Shown here: positions 60,935-64,000 of the stretch, piece by piece
How the letters are laid out: each line of letters begins with the position of its first letter
How positions within the stretch are numbered: the first letter of the stretch is position 1
Origin: an uncultured Acidimicrobiales bacterium
GTDB lineage: Bacteria; Actinomycetota; Acidimicrobiia; Acidimicrobiales; SHLQ01
Assembly: GCA_938084885.1 (NCBI GenBank)
Contig: CALKGG010000119.1
Span: forward strand, 10,393-74,392
Direction of reading: 5' to 3'
DNA: 64,000 nt
Made by a program: the position numbers and the translations under genes
Notes under the pieces: model-generated
The model's input: only the letters and a program-made list of their open reading frames with translations
What the model was told of the DNA's origin: nothing
The model's database searches: none

Positions 60935-63184
60935 ATGCGCCGAAGGTACGGCGTGAACTCTTTTGCCAACCTCCAGTCCAGGATCGAACGCTCGGAATCT
61001 GAGCGTGGCGCGATCCTCGTCATGACAGCGCTCGTAATGCTTCTGCTGCTCTTTGTCGCGGCCTTCGCAACCGACCTCGGCGCGTGGTACCGCCAGGGTG
61101 GAGAACAACAGCGCGCAGCCGACGTGGGATCACTTAATGGCGTGGCCGCATTCGATCGCGAAACCAAAGCGTACTTCGCCGACCTTCCCGGAGGCCCCGT
61201 GGACACATGGGCCGAGCTCCTTGCTCGACCCGACGGCCAGAACTTGGTGCGAGAAGCCGAGGAACAAGGATTCCGAGCTGCGGTAGCAACCGTCCAAACC
61301 CTCCTCGAGACGAGCAACCTCACGTTCACCAACCCACCGGTCTTCGTCTTTGCCACCGATCCAACCGGCTCCGACGGCAACCTGCTCGACATCAACAGCA
61401 CGTCGACGGCGACGTTGACCGCCGACGACGGTTCGGTGATCACGATCACTCGGGCATTCGTCGATACCAGCAACGCAACCACCGGAACGAACTCGTTCAC
61501 CCGTGTCATCGAGGTCAGCATCGAACGCAGCGGCGAACAGTATTTCTCCGACATTATTCGCGACGCTCCAACGATCGACCGCGGGGCGCAGGCACTGCTC
61601 TCGAACTGCGGCGCCTTGTGCAATCAACCAATCACGCTCAACCCGCCATTTATTGGGTTCGGCGGTAGCGGTAACGGCGATGGATTCGCACCTCTCCTTT
61701 ATGACCGAGACCCCGACCCAAACCCAGAAATCAAAGACTACGACGAGGTTTGGGCCGTCAACCACCACTCGGACGGCCGCATGTGGGGTCAGATTATCTG
61801 TCAGCGGGTAGACGTCGACCCAGAGATCAACGGCACGGACTGCGACGGTGCGCCGTACGAGCTTGAATTCCAGACCGGAAACCGACCCGTCGAATACATC
61901 TCACCTGCTGGAAAGCTGTACTTCTCTGGTCGCGACCCAGACGCCGGGATGACCGGCCTGGTCTGTTTCGATGCCAACACGAAGGACTACTGTAGCGGTA
62001 CGTCGTTCATACCATTGTTCGAACAGCCCACGGACGCATGGTGGTCGGCATGGATTAATATCCACGGACCATTCGAAAACAACGGCCGCTTGTATGTCTT
62101 CTCACAGGACGGCTATGGGGCTTGCGTGACACTCGCAATGCAACGGTGCGGTGCCCCAACAGCGCTTCTTGCTGGGCTCGGCACACCAGAAAACCCCGAT
62201 CCTCGCCTGCCAGAACGCGACGGCGAAAGGTTCCACGTCAGCAACGGCGAGCAGATCGGCGACACGCTGGTCCTCACCCAGAACACCGACACCGGCGTGT
62301 TCTTCCACTGCCTCAACCTGGCGTCGGGCAACGGCGAGATTGGTTCGTGTGGTGCGCCAATCTTTAGCGACACTCTTGGCAACGGCGGCGACAACCTCAC
62401 GTTCACCCGCTACAACACCAACGCTCAGCCAATCGGCGTGTGCGTGTTCAACATCAACTCCGGCAACAACAACTGTGTCAGTACTGTTAGCTGGGGTAAC
62501 GCCGGTCCGCTTCCGGGGTTGACCGAGGGATTGTCCGAACTTGGCGAGCGCTGGGGAGGAGACACACTCTCGTGGAAAGGCGTGCGAACCTTCTTTGCCG
62601 GCGGCTTCTCGAACTTGGTTGGCTGTTGGAACTGGCAAACCCAAAGCGCCTGCACTGATGGCCCTGATGAGGGCGGCGCCTACCTTCGGACCGACGACGG
62701 CATCACCGACAACCTCGGCAACGCTTTGCCGTATGGTTTTGCGGTCGTTGCAGATCGTTGCATCATCGGACTCGGCGACCAAGCAGTGTTCTTCTCGTTT
62801 AACCCCCTTGGCTTAGGGCCATGTAACGACGCCGCGATCTCAGACCGGATCGACCCATGTCAGTGCACCGACGGAAGCGGCCGCGAGCGTTACGGCGTGA
62901 TCCGTCTGCCATCGAACATTCTGGCGATCAGTGAAACTGCCTTCGCAACGATCACCGTTGGAGAATTCGGGCCGCCACTCGTCGATCTTGATGGCGTGCC
63001 ACTGGAGAACATTGCGCTCCACGAGAACGGTGGCGTCATTGACTTGACGAACATTCCCGATAACCCCGGAGATCTGTGGATCACCCTTCAGGTCAACGCT
63101 CGGATCGTGAACGGTCGATCGGTCTTCACTGAACCCGTCGTCGGCAACCTTGAGATCGACGTCCAGCCAACACTCACGCAGTAG
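60935..63184 (+). CDS. large secreted protein with a TadE/TadG-like (pseudopilin-type) N-terminal segment
   Basis: The N-terminus SERGAILVMTALVMLLLLFVAAFATDLGAWY matches the Flp-pilus TadE/G-like N-terminal motif. The remaining roughly 690 aa are Cys-containing and Gly/Asn/Asp-rich, with no domain I can name. Confidence 0.5.
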   Translation: MRRRYGVNSFANLQSRIERSESERGAILVMTALVMLLLLFVAAFATDLGAWYRQGGEQQRAADVGSLNGVAAFDRETKAYFADLPGGPVDTWAELLARPDGQNLVREAEEQGFRAAVATVQTLLETSNLTFTNPPVFVFATDPTGSDGNLLDINSTSTATLTADDGSVITITRAFVDTSNATTGTNSFTRVIEVSIERSGEQYFSDIIRDAPTIDRGAQALLSNCGALCNQPITLNPPFIGFGGSGNGDGFAPLLYDRDPDPNPEIKDYDEVWAVNHHSDGRMWGQIICQRVDVDPEINGTDCDGAPYELEFQTGNRPVEYISPAGKLYFSGRDPDAGMTGLVCFDANTKDYCSGTSFIPLFEQPTDAWWSAWINIHGPFENNGRLYVFSQDGYGACVTLAMQRCGAPTALLAGLGTPENPDPRLPERDGERFHVSNGEQIGDTLVLTQNTDTGVFFHCLNLASGNGEIGSCGAPIFSDTLGNGGDNLTFTRYNTNAQPIGVCVFNINSGNNNCVSTVSWGNAGPLPGLTEGLSELGERWGGDTLSWKGVRTFFAGGFSNLVGCWNWQTQSACTDGPDEGGAYLRTDDGITDNLGNALPYGFAVVADRCIIGLGDQAVFFSFNPLGLGPCNDAAISDRIDPCQCTDGSGRERYGVIRLPSNILAISETAFATITVGEFGPPLVDLDGVPLENIALHENGGVIDLTNIPDNPGDLWITLQVNARIVNGRSVFTEPVVGNLEIDVQPTLTQ

Positions 63185-63210
63185 GTAGCGGGACTACCGC
63201 CTGGGGGCCA

Positions 63211-64000
63211 CTAGCTGAGCACGTTGGGCAGCGGGTCGGTATGCACAATGCCGACCCGCTTTGTCGCTCTCGTTAGCGCAACGTAGAGCGCCCGCATACC
63301 TTGGCGCTCCTCGGCGATGATCCGAGCGGGCTCGACGACGAGCACCGCGTCAACCTCGAGACCCTTTACGAGCTGCACTGGCACGACCGCCACCTGACGG
63401 TCGAGTCCAGAACGACTCGCGCGGCCAAAGTCGAGCTCTGCTGCGTCAAGTGTTGCACTCACCGAGTCAACGAGTGAGCGCGGAACGACCACCGCAATAT
63501 TGCCTTGACCAATCTCGGCGAGTTCGCGGCGGATGGCTTTCGGGACAGCGTCGGCGAGGTCGTCGACCTTGGTGATCAACGGAGTGGTACCAACATCTCG
63601 AATCGAGACCGGCGGCTTCAGCCCCGGGGCAGCCTCGGTGAGCACGCGAGCAGCGAGCGCCATTGCAGGTGCAGGGATGCGGTATCCCGTGGTGAGTTCT
63701 CGACGGACCGGTTCATATTTCGCATTCGTTGGAAGCTGTTCGATGACGTCATCCCAAGAATCCCGAGCCCACGATCCGGTCGATTGGGCGAGATCACCAA
63801 CGATGGTCATCGAACCGTTCAGTGACCGTCGGGAGATCATCCGAAGCGCCATCGGCGCAAGATCTTGGGCCTCGTCGATCACGATATGACCAAAGGTTCG
63901 AACCTCATCGAGACTCTTCTTCCCAGGGCGAGCACCAAGGTGCGCTCGTGCTTCATCGAGCAGTGGCGCGTCGTCGAAGGTCCACACGAGTGCATCGGCA
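63211..64000 (-). CDS. UvrD/HelD-like SF1 helicase, C-terminal part (5' end outside the window)
   Basis: The ORF is open to the window edge. It has HIVIDEAQDLAPMAL (Walker B / motif II), TIVGDLAQST, GYRIP, LVKGLEVDAVLVV and LYVALTRATKRVGIVH (motif VI). Confidence 0.7.
   Translation of the reverse strand, partial: ADALVWTFDDAPLLDEARAHLGARPGKKSLDEVRTFGHIVIDEAQDLAPMALRMISRRSLNGSMTIVGDLAQSTGSWARDSWDDVIEQLPTNAKYEPVRRELTTGYRIPAPAMALAARVLTEAAPGLKPPVSIRDVGTTPLITKVDDLADAVPKAIRRELAEIGQGNIAVVVPRSLVDSVSATLDAAELDFGRASRSGLDRQVAVVPVQLVKGLEVDAVLVVEPARIIAEERQGMRALYVALTRATKRVGIVHTDPLPNVLS

Noticed and set aside
1-64000. CRISPR arrays, rRNA genes, IS elements, prophage genes, reverse transcriptases and toxin-antitoxin pairs
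   Set aside because: Reading both strands, I saw no regularly spaced repeat arrays and no transposase, integrase, RT or phage structural motifs. I saw no small adjacent ORF pairs with recognisable TA motifs.

Overview
This is a gene-dense, high-GC chromosomal segment with actinobacterial hallmarks: an mshC-like cysS paralogue next to cysS, a DUF3499 protein, Lhr helicase, WS/DGAT acyltransferases and an HbhA/TadA-like Lys-rich protein. I support about 55 protein genes, one tRNA-Arg(CCT), several intrinsic-terminator-like hairpins and one candidate small RNA. I found no rRNA, CRISPR array, transposase or integrase. Housekeeping content includes a gnd-zwf-pgl operon, prmA, rpmB-rpmG (rpmG is too short for the ORF track), gpsA, an aroK-like kinase, cysS, cyclophilin and an HtrA protease. 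Accessory content includes two adjacent secreted enzymes with C-terminal RTX Ca-binding repeats (M23 peptidase and CAP/SCP), two MacB/FtsX-type ABC permeases (one with no ATPase beside it), a giant protein with nine PKD domains, a TadG-like secreted protein and two OmpA-like proteins. The best candidate for an undescribed system is the block at about 18.4-26.8 kb. It holds gpsA, a HAD-acyltransferase fusion, two WS/DGATs (one with a variant active site), a patatin lipase, a GxSxG hydrolase, a Lys-rich HbhA/TadA/MLDS-like protein and an XRE regulator. Several of these genes are translationally coupled, and together they look like a self-contained module for neutral-lipid synthesis, packaging, regulation and mobilisation. 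Its internal intergenic region carries paired operator-like direct repeats and two copies of a 41-nt nested-hairpin element, one of which supplies the last codons and the stop codon of a WS/DGAT gene. Other notable items are a nei/fpg pseudogene (internal deletion plus frameshift) separated from lhr by an intervening 5.3-kb block, an HD-domain-only remnant of a CCA-adding enzyme, and a 6C-like C-rich-loop sRNA candidate. All family assignments come from reading motifs in the translations; no database search was run.
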